DNA from: an uncultured Thermoleophilia bacterium
GTDB taxonomy: Bacteria; Actinomycetota; Thermoleophilia; UBA2241
NCBI GenBank assembly: GCA_963715985.1
Contig: CAVQSP010000017.1
Span: 160,001 to 224,000, forward strand
Direction: 5' to 3'
DNA: 64,000 nt
Position 1 is the first letter of the stretch, and the number at the start of each line of letters is the position of its first letter. Positions 1 to 10,196 of this stretch are shown piece after piece. The notes beneath the pieces were generated by a model. That model was given only the letters and a program-made list of their open reading frames with translations, made no database searches and had not been told where the DNA came from. Position numbers and translations under genes: made by a program.

Positions 1-130
1 CCGCGCCGCTCGTCAGGCAACGGCGCCGCGGCAGGGTAGCTCGCGGCCCGGGTATACACGGTAGTGTGAGACGAGCCGCGGGGCGGGGCGGACCACCGCC
101 GCGCCACGCGGCCGCCGGGGGGCAGCGGTC

Positions 131-964
131 GTGTACACCATCGCCGACCGGCAGCAGCTGACCAAGAAGGGCGACACCGTGGGCCTCACCATCGAGGCCC
201 CGCAGATCGCGCGCAAGATCCTGCCCGGCCAGTTCGTCGTGGTGCGCGTCAACGAGACGGGTGAGCGCGTCCCGCTCACGGTGGCCCAGAAGGACGCGGC
301 CACCGGCACCATCACCATCATCATCCAGGTGGTCGGCAAGAGCACCGCGCTCCTCGCGTCCCTGCGCGCCGGCGATGCGGTCAAGGACCTGTGCGGGCCC
401 CTCGGCGTGCCGGCTCCCATGCAGAAGGTCGGCACCGTGGTCGGCATCGGGGGCGGCTCCGGCATCGCCGTACTGCACCACCTCCTCGGCGGGCACCGCG
501 AGGTGGGCAACCGCATCATCAGCATCATCGGGGCGCGCGAGAAGGACCTCCTGATCATGGAGGAGGAGATGAAGGCCCTCTGCGACGAGGTCCTCGTCAC
601 CACCGACGACGGCAGCTACGGCATGCACGGCAAGGTCACCGACGCGCTCAAGACGCTGGTGGAGCGCCAGCAGCGCATCGACCGCGTGATCGCCGTGGGC
701 CCGCTGGTGATGATGCGCGCGGTCACGGACATGACGCGCGTCTACGGGCTGCCCACCGAGGTCAGCCTGAACCCGATCATGGTGGACGGCACCGGCATGT
801 GCGGCGGCTGCCGCTGCAGCGTCGGTGGCAAGACCCGCTTCGCCTGCGTGGACGGCCCGCACTTCGACGCGTTCGAGGTGGACTTCGACGAGCTCATCCA
901 GCGCGGCCGCATGTACGAGCGCGACGAGCGCACCGCGCTGCTCACCTCGGTGAAGGCGCGGTAG
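131..964 (+). CDS. nfnA: NfnA/SudB-like FAD/NAD-binding 2Fe-2S subunit of electron-bifurcating transhydrogenase
   Basis: ERVPLT FAD motif, GGGSG, TDDGSYG, DGTGMCGGCRC...ACVDGP 2Fe-2S motif; directly upstream of an NfnB/GltD-like gene. Confidence 0.88.
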   Translation: MYTIADRQQLTKKGDTVGLTIEAPQIARKILPGQFVVVRVNETGERVPLTVAQKDAATGTITIIIQVVGKSTALLASLRAGDAVKDLCGPLGVPAPMQKVGTVVGIGGGSGIAVLHHLLGGHREVGNRIISIIGAREKDLLIMEEEMKALCDEVLVTTDDGSYGMHGKVTDALKTLVERQQRIDRVIAVGPLVMMRAVTDMTRVYGLPTEVSLNPIMVDGTGMCGGCRCSVGGKTRFACVDGPHFDAFEVDFDELIQRGRMYERDERTALLTSVKAR

Positions 965-973
965 GAGGCGGCG

Positions 974-2791
974 ATGTCGGCGGCCGATGCTGAACTGACA
1001 GTGCTGGAGCACGAGGGCGACCTCGCCAGCTTCTGCCCGCACTGCCACGCCGGCCTCGACGTGTACGACGGGCGCTCGCGGCGCGTGTGGATATGCCTCG
1101 CCGCGGTGGCCGGGGGGCAGGAGTGCGAGCTCCTCATGAACCCGCGCCTCGAGGTCTTCGAGCACACCTGCTCGGGGTCGATCCAGGACGGGGACGTCCT
1201 GGACGCGGTCGCCTGCCCGCACTGCCACCAGTCGCTCTTCGAGGCGGACCAGGCCTGCGCCGTCTGCGGGGCGCCGGCCTTCTGCCTGGACGTCTCCGTG
1301 CGCTCGCGCGTGGCGCCGCTGTGGCTGTGCGCGCGCGCCGGCTGCCACTGGCACGACGTGTCCACGCAGGCCGCGGCCAAGATCAGGTCGGTGGCGCCGC
1401 GGCAGAAGCGGCCCGAACAGGACCCGGTGCTCCGTGTGCGCACCTTCACCGAGGTCAGCTACGGGTTCGACGGCGAGCGCGCCGTGGCCGAGGCCGAGCG
1501 CTGCCGCCAGTGCAAGAAGCCGGCCTGCGTCGACGGCTGCCCGGTGCACGTGGACATCCCGGGCTTTGTGGCGCTCATCGCCAAGGGGGAGTTCGCGCCG
1601 GCCGCGCGGCTCATCCGCCGGCGCAACGCCTTGCCGGCGGTGTGCGGCCGCGTCTGCCCGCAGGACGACCAGTGCGAGAAGGAGTGCCTGCTCGGCAAGA
1701 CCGGCGAGCCGCTGGCCATCGGCGCCCTCGAGCGCTTCGCCGCCGACTTCGAGCGCGAGACCGACCAGGTGCGCCTGCCGCGCCGCGCACCGCGCACCGG
1801 CAGGCGCATCGCCGTGGTGGGGAGCGGGCCGGCGGGCCTCACCCTGGCCGCCGATCTGGTGGTGCTGGGCCACAGCGTCACCGTGTTCGAGTCGCTGCAC
1901 AAGCCCGGCGGGGTGCTGGTCTACGGCATCCCCGAGTTCCGCCTGCCCAAGGCCATCGTGGACGCCGAGACCGGCAACCTGCGGCGGCTCGGCGTCAAGT
2001 TCGAGCTCAACAGCATCGTCGGCAAGCTCTACAGCCTCGACGACCTCTTCGGGCTCGGGTTCGACGCCGTGTACGTGGGCACCGGCGCCGGTCTGCCCGG
2101 CTTCATGGGCATCCCCGGCGAGAACCTCTGCAACGTGGTCTCGGCCAACGAGTACCTCACGCGCGTGAACCTGATGAAGGCGTACCTCTTCCCGGAGTAC
2201 GACACGCCGGCGCCCAAGGGCTCGCGGGTGGCCGTGGTGGGCGGCGGCAACGTGGCCATGGACTGTGCTCGCACGGCCCTGCGCATGGGCGCCCTGGAGG
2301 CCACCATCGTGTACCGCCGCACGCGCGCCGAGATGCCGGCCCGCGAGGAGGAGATCGCGCACGCCGAGCAGGAGGGCGTGCGCTTCCACTACCTCGCGAG
2401 CCCCGTGCGCTACATCGGCGACCAGCAGCGCTGGGTGCGGCAGATGCAGTGCGTGCGCATGAAGATGGGCGAGCCCGACGAGTCGGGGCGGCGCAGCCCG
2501 ATCCCGATGCTGGACTCCACCTTCCTCCTGGACATCGACATGGCGGTGGTGGCCGTGGGCGCCGGCCCCAACCGGGCGCTGTTCGAGGGTGCCGCGGGGC
2601 TGGAGCGCAACGAGCGCGGCTACATCCGCGCGTTCACGGAAGCGGGACGCACGAGCGTGCCCAAGGTGTGGGCCGGCGGCGACATCGTCACCGGCTCGGC
2701 GACGGTGATCCTCGCGATGGGCGCGGCGCGCAAGGCCGCCGACGACATGCACGCGTATCTGGGCGATGGGGACGGCGGCGCCTGGCTGTGA
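974..2791 (+). CDS. nfnB: NfnB/SudA-like (GltD-family) NADPH-dependent flavoprotein with extra N-terminal Cys-rich domain
   Basis: RCRQCKKPACVDGCPV, CGRVCPQ..QCE Fe-S motifs; VVGSGPAGL and VVGGGNVAMD Rossmann motifs; AGGDIVTG; RBS GGAGG at 964. Confidence 0.88.
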   Translation: MSAADAELTVLEHEGDLASFCPHCHAGLDVYDGRSRRVWICLAAVAGGQECELLMNPRLEVFEHTCSGSIQDGDVLDAVACPHCHQSLFEADQACAVCGAPAFCLDVSVRSRVAPLWLCARAGCHWHDVSTQAAAKIRSVAPRQKRPEQDPVLRVRTFTEVSYGFDGERAVAEAERCRQCKKPACVDGCPVHVDIPGFVALIAKGEFAPAARLIRRRNALPAVCGRVCPQDDQCEKECLLGKTGEPLAIGALERFAADFERETDQVRLPRRAPRTGRRIAVVGSGPAGLTLAADLVVLGHSVTVFESLHKPGGVLVYGIPEFRLPKAIVDAETGNLRRLGVKFELNSIVGKLYSLDDLFGLGFDAVYVGTGAGLPGFMGIPGENLCNVVSANEYLTRVNLMKAYLFPEYDTPAPKGSRVAVVGGGNVAMDCARTALRMGALEATIVYRRTRAEMPAREEEIAHAEQEGVRFHYLASPVRYIGDQQRWVRQMQCVRMKMGEPDESGRRSPIPMLDSTFLLDIDMAVVAVGAGPNRALFEGAAGLERNERGYIRAFTEAGRTSVPKVWAGGDIVTGSATVILAMGAARKAADDMHAYLGDGDGGAWL

Positions 2792-2863
2792 GGCGGGAGC
2801 ATGCCGCGCGTCCCGGGTGAGGCGGCCGTCCGCCGTGGCGGCCGCCTCACGTCGCAGCGGGCG

Positions 2864-3454
2864 CTATCTCTCGCCGACGGGCCCGGCGGACGTGGCGGGT
2901 GCCGGCTTCTCGGCCAGCAGGATGCGGTGCGCCAGCTCCTCCCAGTAGGCCTGCACTCCCTCCTCGACCTCGTCGTAGTGCACGGACTCGAACTCCTCCG
3001 TGAGCCGCTCGCGGTCGTCCTTGGTGAGGTAGTGCTGGGCGAGGTCGAAGAACTGCGACTCCTCGACCTCGATGTGGCAGCGCACCACGTCGACGTACTC
3101 CCGCAGTTCGGCGGCGAAGGTCAGGGCCGCGGGGCGGTCGTCCTCGGGCAGCTCGTGCAGCTCCCGCTGCAGCGCGTCGAGGCGTCCCGCGCACCACTCG
3201 TGTTCGCCGAGCATCTGCTCGAGCGGCTCGTCTTCCTCCGTCATCCCCCGTTTGTGGCAGCGCGAGAACAGCAGGCCGTCCTCCTTGGGGTCGTGCAGGC
3301 CGTCGCAGAAGAAGCGGAAGAACCCCAGGATGTCGCCGACGAGGTCGCGGCGCACGGCGCCCGTCTGCTCCACGTGCGCGCACTCCGCGTCGGCTGCGTC
3401 CGCCACCTCCAGCATCAGCCGGTGCTCCGCTTCGAGGATCCTCCTCCAGCCCAT
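2864..3454 (-). CDS. hemerythrin/HHE cation-binding domain protein
   Basis: EH..., H..KE..LF, EH, HI..EE ligand pattern. Confidence 0.82.
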   Translation of the reverse strand: MGWRRILEAEHRLMLEVADAADAECAHVEQTGAVRRDLVGDILGFFRFFCDGLHDPKEDGLLFSRCHKRGMTEEDEPLEQMLGEHEWCAGRLDALQRELHELPEDDRPAALTFAAELREYVDVVRCHIEVEESQFFDLAQHYLTKDDRERLTEEFESVHYDEVEEGVQAYWEELAHRILLAEKPAPATSAGPVGER

Positions 3455-3686
3455 GGCTTCTCCTTCCCGCGGGCTCCTGACGCGCTTGGTGCGTCCCTCG
3501 CTCTCAACGTACCCATGGCGCGGTACTCATTAGGCCGTTGGGCGGATCGGGCCGGCAAGGCCGCCGCCGCAGCGCCATCCGGCAGTCGCGGCCGTCCGAC
3601 CGCCCCGAGCCCCGCGGGGCGGGGCGCTATGATGGGGCACCGGCCGTCCAGACCACGGCCGCGGCACCTGAGGGAGGGAGGGCGTC

Positions 3687-5198
3687 ATGACCAGTGTGGA
3701 CGACAGCCGGGTGATCCTGGCGCTCGATCAGGGGACCACGAGCTCGCGTGCCATCGCCTTCGCGCCGGACGGCGCGGTGCGAGGCGTCTCGCAGAAGGAG
3801 CTGGGCCTCAGCTTCCCCCAGCCCGGCTGGGTCGAGATGGACCCGCGGGAGATCTGGGCGGCGCAGCGCGAGACGGCTGTGGAGGCGCTGCGCCTGGCGG
3901 GAGCGGCGGCCGCGGACGTGGCCGCCGTCGGCATCACCAACCAGCGCGAGACCACGATCATCTGGGACCGCGCCACCTCGGAGCCGATCGCGCCGGCCAT
4001 CGTGTGGCAGGACCGGCGCACCGCCGAGCACTGCGAGGAGCTGCGCCGCGCCGGCCACGAGGAGCGCGTGCGGCGCGTCACGGGCCTCCTGCTGGACCCG
4101 TACTTCTCGGCCACCAAGATCGCCTGGCTGCTGGACTCGGTGCCCGGGGCGAGGGAGCGCGCGGAGCGCGGCGAGCTCGCCTTCGGCACGGTGGACAGCT
4201 GGCTGGCCTGGCAGCTGAGCGGCGGCCGCCTGCACGTCACCGACGCCACCAACGCGTCCCGCACCCTGCTGTACGACCTGCGCACGGGGGAGTGGGACGC
4301 CGGGCTGCTGGACCTCTTCGGCGTCCCGGCCGCCGTGCTGCCCGAGGTGCGCGACACCAGCGGCGTGGTCGGCGAGACCGACGCGGCGGTGCTCGGCGCG
4401 CCGGTGCCGCTGGCGAGCATGGTGGGCGACCAGCAGGCCGCGCTCTTCGGCCAGGCCTGCACGTCCCTCGGCATGACCAAGGTCACGTACGGCACCGGCT
4501 GCTTCCTGCTCATGCACACCGGCACGGAGCCGGTGACCTCATCGTCCGGCCTGCTGACCACCGTCGCCGCGCAGCGGCGCGGCGTGCGCACGTACGCGCT
4601 CGAGGGCAGCGTGTTCATCGGCGGGGCGGCCGTGCAGTGGCTGCGCGACGGCCTCGGCATCATCAGCGAGGCGTCCGAGTCGGACAGGCTGGCGCGGGAG
4701 GTCGCGGCGAGCGACGGCGTGTACTTCGTGCCGGCGCTGGCGGGACTGGGCGCGCCCTGGTGGGAGCCGCGCGCCCGCGGCGCCATCCTCGGGCTCACGC
4801 GCGGCTCCACGGCGGCGCACATCGCGCGCGCCACGCTCGAGGGCATCGCCTACCAGGTGTCCGACCTCCTCGGCGCGGTGACCGGCGACGCCGGCCGCGC
4901 CCCCGCGGAGATCCGCGTGGACGGGGGCGCGGCCCGCAGCGACCTGCTGCTGCAGTTCCAGGCCGACATCCTGGCGACGCCGGTGACGAGGGCCGCGCAG
5001 ACGGAGTCGACGGCGCTCGGAGCCGCGCTGCTCGCCGGCCTGGCCATCGGCGTGTGGAAGGACGACGAGGAGGCCGCCGCCGTGTGGCGCGCGGCGCGTA
5101 CCTTCACGCCGGACCCCGCCGTCGACCGCGAGGCTCTGCTCCACGGCTGGGAGGCCGCCGTGGCCTGCGTACGCGATCTGGCGAGCCGCGGCGCTTAG
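3687..5198 (+). CDS. glpK: glycerol kinase
   Basis: [58 protein letters not shown]. Confidence 0.96.
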   Translation: MTSVDDSRVILALDQGTTSSRAIAFAPDGAVRGVSQKELGLSFPQPGWVEMDPREIWAAQRETAVEALRLAGAAAADVAAVGITNQRETTIIWDRATSEPIAPAIVWQDRRTAEHCEELRRAGHEERVRRVTGLLLDPYFSATKIAWLLDSVPGARERAERGELAFGTVDSWLAWQLSGGRLHVTDATNASRTLLYDLRTGEWDAGLLDLFGVPAAVLPEVRDTSGVVGETDAAVLGAPVPLASMVGDQQAALFGQACTSLGMTKVTYGTGCFLLMHTGTEPVTSSSGLLTTVAAQRRGVRTYALEGSVFIGGAAVQWLRDGLGIISEASESDRLAREVAASDGVYFVPALAGLGAPWWEPRARGAILGLTRGSTAAHIARATLEGIAYQVSDLLGAVTGDAGRAPAEIRVDGGAARSDLLLQFQADILATPVTRAAQTESTALGAALLAGLAIGVWKDDEEAAAVWRAARTFTPDPAVDREALLHGWEAAVACVRDLASRGA

Positions 5199-5237
5199 AG
5201 GGGCGCACCGACCGCGGCCCGCCGGGACCGGAGGTCA

Positions 5238-5693
5238 TCAGTGCCGGTGAGGGACCACCAGGACCGGCACGTCGCTCCGGTGGAGGAGCTGGTAGCACGT
5301 GCAGTGATGCAGGACGCCGGCCAGGGGCCCCTCGCCGTGCGACCCCACGACGATGCAGTGTGAGCCGCGCTCCTCGGCGATCCGCGGCAGCGCCCTGGCC
5401 GGCTCGTCCCAGATCATCAGTACCTCGCTGCCCACGCCCGCCGCGCGGATACGGTCGGCGGCGGCGTCCAGCATGGGCTTCACCTCCTCCTCGATCCCGC
5501 GCTCGTAGTCGCGCAGCTCCTTGGCGGCGGCGCACGTGGGGTCGAGCTGGCAGCTGAGGCCGGGGGGAGGTTCGTGACAGTACACGACGACGATCTCCCC
5601 TCGCCGTCGCCCGCGCGCCAGCTCGACCGCTTCATCAAGGGCGGCGGTGGCGCATGTCGTACCGTCGTAGCCGAGAACGATCGGGTGAGACAT
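5238..5693 (-). CDS. universal stress protein (USP)
   Basis: IVLGYDG N-terminus, IVVGSHG, PVLVVP C-terminus; ATG at 5693 with GGAAGGAG RBS. Confidence 0.88.
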   Translation of the reverse strand: MSHPIVLGYDGTTCATAALDEAVELARGRRRGEIVVVYCHEPPPGLSCQLDPTCAAAKELRDYERGIEEEVKPMLDAAADRIRAAGVGSEVLMIWDEPARALPRIAEERGSHCIVVGSHGEGPLAGVLHHCTCYQLLHRSDVPVLVVPHRH

Positions 5694-5798
5694 CCCGGCT
5701 CCTTCCCCCGTACTCACTACGTTCCCTCGGCCGCGGCTGCGGTCACCGTTTATGGGGCGGCCTTCGCGGGTGGCCGGCCGCGCCGGCCGCGTCGCACG

Positions 5799-5897
5799 CC
5801 GCGCCCGGCGGGTCGCCGCGCCCGCGTCTCCGACGGCCCGCCGCGCCGGCGGGTCGCCGGCCCGCGTCTCCGACGCCCGCCGCGCCGGCGGCTCGCC
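5799..5897. repeat. GC-rich tandem repeat, ~40-bp unit x ~2.4
   Basis: ccgcgc(c)cggcgggtcgccg(c)gcccgcgtctccgacg(g)cccg repeated head-to-tail without spacers in an intergenic region. Confidence 0.7.
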
Positions 5898-5906
5898 TCG
5901 CTGGCG

Positions 5907-6835
5907 TCAGCCCTCGATGAGGACGCGCAGGTTGCGGGCGATGAGGCGCGGGGCGTAGTCGAGGCCGCTGCGTCGCAGCTTGGCGACGGTCTCCTCGCCG
6001 AGCTCGGCCTGCGGCCGCGCGGCGAGGACGGCCGCGGACTCCTCCTCGTCGAGCACCTCGGCGGGCGAGACGACCAGGTCCACCGTGGCGTTCTCCGGGC
6101 ACACCTGCTGGCAGCGCAGGCAGCCGACGGCGCACGTGTGCCAGGCGGGGTCCACCCAGTCGGGGAAGGGCGCGCGGGCCTCGTTGACCCAGGTGAGGCA
6201 GCGGTCGGTCTGCAGCAGAAAGCGGTCGGCGCGGATGGCGCCGGTGGGGCAGGCGCGCAGGCAGAGGCTGCAGCGCTCGCAGCGGTCCAACTGCTGCGGC
6301 TCGCCCCAGGCTGCGTCCGCGGGCGCTTCGAGGTCGGTGAGACAGGCGGCCAGCTGCAGGTAGCTGCCGAGGCCGGGGACGTAGGTGATGTTGTTGCGGC
6401 CGTAGCGGGCCAGTCCGGCGCCGGCCGCCAGCGTCTTGAGCGGCGGCTCGACGCGCACGGCGTGGCGCCCGGAGGGCGCGAGCGCCGTGCTCACGGCCGC
6501 TGTGAGGCCGTCGGGCGTCGTCTCGTAACCGGCGTAGTGAGGCGGCACCGGCACGGTGTGCTCCGTGCCGCCGATCGTGAGGGTGGCGAGTGTGAGCGGC
6601 CGCGGTACGGCGCCGACCACGACGCTGCGCGACCCTTCCAGCCTGTCGCGCCAGTCGATCACGGCTTCCTCGCCCAGCGCTCGTGACATCGTCGTCGCGT
6701 GAACCCGCTCGCGGCGAGGACGCCGGTCACGCGCGCCCCCACGGCGTCCAGGCGGGCCACGTCCACGACGCGCACGACCCAGCCCGCCTCGGCGGCGGCG
6801 GTCGTCACAGCGGCCCACAGGTCGTCGGTGCTCAC
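5907..6835 (-). CDS. epoxyqueuosine reductase (QueG)-like 2x[4Fe-4S] protein, frameshifted near 6700
   Basis: LK..A..AGLA.YGRNN, GSYLQLA...TD, CERCSLCLRACPTGA, GCLRCQQVCP; N-terminus (VSTDDLW...) in another frame. Confidence 0.72.
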
Positions 6836-7048
6836 TCGGGCTCCCTTCGTGCTCCGTGTCGAGTCTGCCCGCGCCCGCCGCGCCTGGCAACCGGGCCGCG
6901 GACCGCGGGAGTCGCGCGACAGGCCGTCGCCGGCGGCCATCCCCGCCCGCCGGCCGGGCCGGCACCGCTTGCCTCCCGTCGCGCCGCGGAGCAGACTCTG
7001 CCGGCGCGGTCACCCACCGCGCCCGACGCCGTCCGTGAGGAGTGCCCG

Positions 7049-7223
7049 GTGCGATCCAACGTGCTCGTCATCTTCATGCTCTTCGGCGGCGTCTTCTTCA
7101 CGGTCGTCTCGGTGGCGGCGTGGAGGACCGGCAGGCGCACGGGGGCGATGTTCCTCGGCGGTGCTGGCCGGCCTCGACTTCGCCCTCGCCATCCAGTTCC
7201 TGCTGCGCTACTTCAAGACCTGA
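7049..7223 (+). CDS. small 2-TM membrane protein (frameshift near 7155)
   Basis: GAGGAG RBS then GTG; hydrophobic VLVIFMLFGGVFFTVVSV and AVLAGLDFALAIQFLL in adjacent frames. Confidence 0.5.
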
Positions 7224-7308
7224 GGGCCGCTGCGGAGGGGAGAGCGGGCCGAGGCGGACAGGGCGCAGGGCCGGCGCGGACCTGAGGTCCCCGCCGGCCC
7301 CGAGTGGG

Positions 7309-7774
7309 TCACGCGGCGGTGCGGATGGGCTCGGCGGCCGCGGACGTCTCGTCCGTGTCGGCCGTCTTGTGGCGCACCCTCTCGGCGATTGACGTCACGT
7401 TGCGGCGCGCGTCGCCTACCGTCTGGGTGATGCGCCGGCGCGAGGCCGGATACAGCAGGGCGGCCGCGACCGCGGCCACCGCCGCGACGCCGGCGAGGAG
7501 CCCGGAGACGATGAGGCCCCAGCGCGCGAGCCTGCGCATGCGCCGCCGCGTCCGGGCCCGCCGGGCCTCTGCCCGCGTGGCGCGGCTGAACAGCGCGGTC
7601 GCGCAGGCGCTCGTCGGAGGCCATCTCGTCGGCGATCCTGGCCAGGGCGTGACGGGCGCCGCGGAGACTCTCCCGCAGCTCATGGTCGGTCGCCGCCTCG
7701 CGCAGGTACGGCATCGCCGCGGTCGCGGTGCCGGCGTAGCGGAGGGCTTCCTTACCTCTCGTGAGGACTGCCAT
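7309..7774 (-). CDS. hypothetical membrane-anchored protein (frameshift near 7600)
   Basis: AAGGAGG RBS, ATG 7774; MAVLTRGKEALRY... joins ...WGLIVSGLLAGVAAVAAVAAALLYP TM segment. Confidence 0.55.
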
Positions 7775-7889
7775 TGTGCTCACCTCCTTCACTTGGCAGG
7801 TGCCCGCCCGGCGCGAGCGCCAATCGTTGACCGGGGCGGCTCGACGGCCCCACGATGTCGTGCTGGCGGCGCAGCTGAGCGCTCGCGGG

Positions 7890-9017
7890 TCACACGGTGT
7901 CGATGGTCACCTGGCTGGCACCGCCCGAGAGGCGGACCTCGTAGCGGTCCGCGGCCGCGCCGAAGCCCGGCGTGGACAGGACGTTGTTGCCGCCCAGCGC
8001 GCCCAGACGCTGGTCGTCGAAGACGATCTGGCTGGCGCCGCCCGCCGACCACGGCGCGCAGCGCGGCCGTCGCGGGGCGGTGCAGGGCGACTCTGCTTGC
8101 CCCGCCGGAGATGCGCACCTGCACGACGCCGGAGGGCTCGCGGCAGCCACACCTCGACGTCGCTGGCGCCGCCGCCCACGTCGAGCGCTCCGATCCGCAG
8201 CGGCCGCAGATCGGCCGTGAGCTTCCACATGCCGCCGCGCAGCGACACCTCCCAGGGGATGGTCGGCGTTCAGCGACACCTCGCTGGACTGGCCGCGCCA
8301 GTCGAAGGGCCGGAAGCGGCGGCGCTGCTGGAAGGTGACCGTGCCGCCGTGCACGGTGACGTCGGGGGCGGGGCCTTCGAAGCGGGCCCGGTACAGCTCG
8401 CCGGGGGCGGCGTCGCCGCGGATGTCCAGTCGCGCTGCGCCCTTGGTGAAGCGCAGTTGACCGGCGGTCACCGTCCCCAGGGGGGCCCAGACCTCCGGCT
8501 CGTTCAGCGCCGCCGCCGCCGGTGACGCTCCTGCCGCGCCGCCGCCGGCCTCCGCGGCGATGTGAGCCGCCTGGTCCTCGTACACCTCGCGCAGCCGGCG
8601 CAGGTAGTCGCGGATGACTCCGAGCTCGGCCAGGCTGTGGCCCTCGAGCTCGGTGCTGCCCGCGATCTCGACCTCGCCGTACACGCGGGCGCCCACCTCG
8701 CGAGTGGCGGCGGTGGAGACCACCAGCACGCGGCGGCGGTCGCCCGGGTCGGCGACCCGGTTGGCGTAGCCGCCGCGCTCCATGCGGTCCAGCACGGTGG
8801 TGATGGCGCCGGGCGTGAGGCCGCTCTCCTCGGCCAGCTCGCCGGCCGTCACGCGCCCGCGGCGGTAGATGATGCCGAGGCAGCGCAGGTCCGTGCGGTT
8901 CAGGCCGAACTGCGCGGACACCGCCTCGTCCAGCCGGTCGGCGGACTGCCGCAGCTCGCCGAACTCCTCGCTCACTTCATCGATGAGCGCCGCCTTGGCG
9001 GGATCGTCGCTGACCAT
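7890..9017 (-). CDS. MarR-family regulator fused to a C-terminal beta-rich (LiaF/DUF2154-like) domain; internal frameshifts
   Basis: GLNRTDLRCL..TAGELAEESGLTPGAITTVLDRME..DPGDRRRV; C-terminal repeated GGAS strand motifs in shifting frames. Confidence 0.75.
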   Translation of the reverse strand: MVSDDPAKAALIDEVSEEFGELRQSADRLDEAVSAQFGLNRTDLRCLGIIYRRGRVTAGELAEESGLTPGAITTVLDRMERGGYANRVADPGDRRRVLVVSTAATREVGARVYGEVEIAGSTELEGHSLAELGVIRDYLRRLREVYEDQAAHIAAEAGGGAAGASPAAAALNEPEVWAPLGTVTAGQLRFTKGAARLDIRGDAAPGELYRARFEGPAPDVTVHGGTVTFQQRRRFRPFDWRGQSSEVSLNADHPLGGVAARRHVEAHGRSAAAADRSARRGRRRQRRRGVAAASPPASCRCASPAGQAESPCTAPRRPRCAPWSAGGASQIVFDDQRLGALGGNNVLSTPGFGAAADRYEVRLSGGASQVTIDTV

Positions 9018-9050
9018 CGCTCCTCCCTCACGTGGGGACGGACTCTCAGA

Positions 9051-9117
9051 ATCGTTCGTTGTCCATATACTACCACAGACAAATCATTTGACAATCGAAC
9101 AATAAGCGTCGTAGAGT
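9051..9117 (+). promoter_or_regulatory. divergent promoter/operator: TTGACA(9088)-18-TAGAGT(9112) overlapped by an imperfect inverted repeat
   Basis: AT-rich patch; atcgttcgttgtccat (9051) vs atttgacaatcgaacaat (9086) inverted. Confidence 0.55.
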
Positions 9118-9224
9118 GTGTGGGGGTCTGGGCGCCGTGCTCCGCCCGGCCGGACCCGGGGTGCGCGAGCGGCCCCGCGGGGAACGCTTGAACCACTGCT
9201 GCACGTATGCAGGAAGGAAGAGAG

Positions 9225-10196
9225 ATGGACATCTCGATCGAAGCGAACGGTCTGGTGAAGACCTACCGCGGCGACGTGCGCGCCCTCGACGGGGTGAGCC
9301 TCGTCGCCGAGACCGGCACCGTGTTCGGCCTCCTGGGCCCCAACGGTGCCGGCAAATCCACAGCTGTGAAGATCCTGACCACGCTGTCGCTCCCGGATTC
9401 GGGCGAGGCGCACGTGGCCGGGTACGACGTCGTGCGCCAGGCGGCCAAGGTGCGGCTCGCCATCGGCTGCGTGGCGCAGAAGTCCGGGCTCGACCTGGCG
9501 GCCACCGGCCGCGAGAACCTGATCCTCCAGGGTCGTGTGTACGGGATGCGCGGCCGCGAGCTCAAGAGCCGCGCTCAGGAGCTGCTCGACCGTTTCGGTC
9601 TTGCCGAGTCGGCCGACCGCACGGTGCGCACGTACTCCGGCGGCATGCAGCGCAAGCTGGACGTCGCCGTCGGCCTGATGCACCGCCCGCAGGTGCTCTT
9701 CCTCGACGAGCCGACCACCGGCCTCGACCCGGAGGCGCGCGTGGACATGTGGTCCGAGATCGCGCGCCTGGCCGGCGGTGAGGGTCTCACGATCCTCATG
9801 ACGACCCACTACCTGGAGGAGGCCGACAGCCTCGCCCGGCGACTCGCCATCGTCGACCACGGCAAGGTCGTGGCCGAGGGCACGCCGGACGAGCTCAAGG
9901 GCGAGTTGCGCGGTGACGCCATCGTCGTGGAGCTCGACCAGGCGCCCCAGGACGGCGAGGTCGCGCGCGCCCTCGCGGGCGTGGCCGACCTGCGCGACGT
10001 GAGCGTGGAGGCCCGCACGCTGCGCGCGCGGGCCGACAGCGGCGCCCGCATGGTGCCCAGTGTCCTCGCCGCGCTCGAGAGTGCCGGCGTGGGCGTGGCC
10101 GCCGTCACCGTGGCGCGGCCGTCTCTCGACGATGTGTACCTTCGTCACGCCGGCAAGGCGTTCTGCGAAGACGACGGGGAGGTGAAGAAGCCATGA
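9225..10196 (+). CDS. DrrA-family ABC exporter ATP-binding protein
   Basis: GPNGAGKST, YSGGM, LFLDEPTTGLD, TTHYLEEA, RPSLDDVY. Confidence 0.93.
   Translation: MDISIEANGLVKTYRGDVRALDGVSLVAETGTVFGLLGPNGAGKSTAVKILTTLSLPDSGEAHVAGYDVVRQAAKVRLAIGCVAQKSGLDLAATGRENLILQGRVYGMRGRELKSRAQELLDRFGLAESADRTVRTYSGGMQRKLDVAVGLMHRPQVLFLDEPTTGLDPEARVDMWSEIARLAGGEGLTILMTTHYLEEADSLARRLAIVDHGKVVAEGTPDELKGELRGDAIVVELDQAPQDGEVARALAGVADLRDVSVEARTLRARADSGARMVPSVLAALESAGVGVAAVTVARPSLDDVYLRHAGKAFCEDDGEVKKP

Noticed and set aside
1030-1230. two CxxCH motifs as c-type heme sites
   Set aside because: The protein is cytoplasmic with no signal peptide; CPHC pairs plus further CxxC motifs fit zinc-ribbon knuckles better.
974-2791. 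glutamate synthase small subunit gltD
   Set aside because: There is no gltB nearby, and pairing with an NfnA-like gene indicates NfnAB.
5799-5897. possible CRISPR array
   Set aside because: The units are contiguous with no unique spacers, there are only ~2.4 copies, and no cas genes are present.
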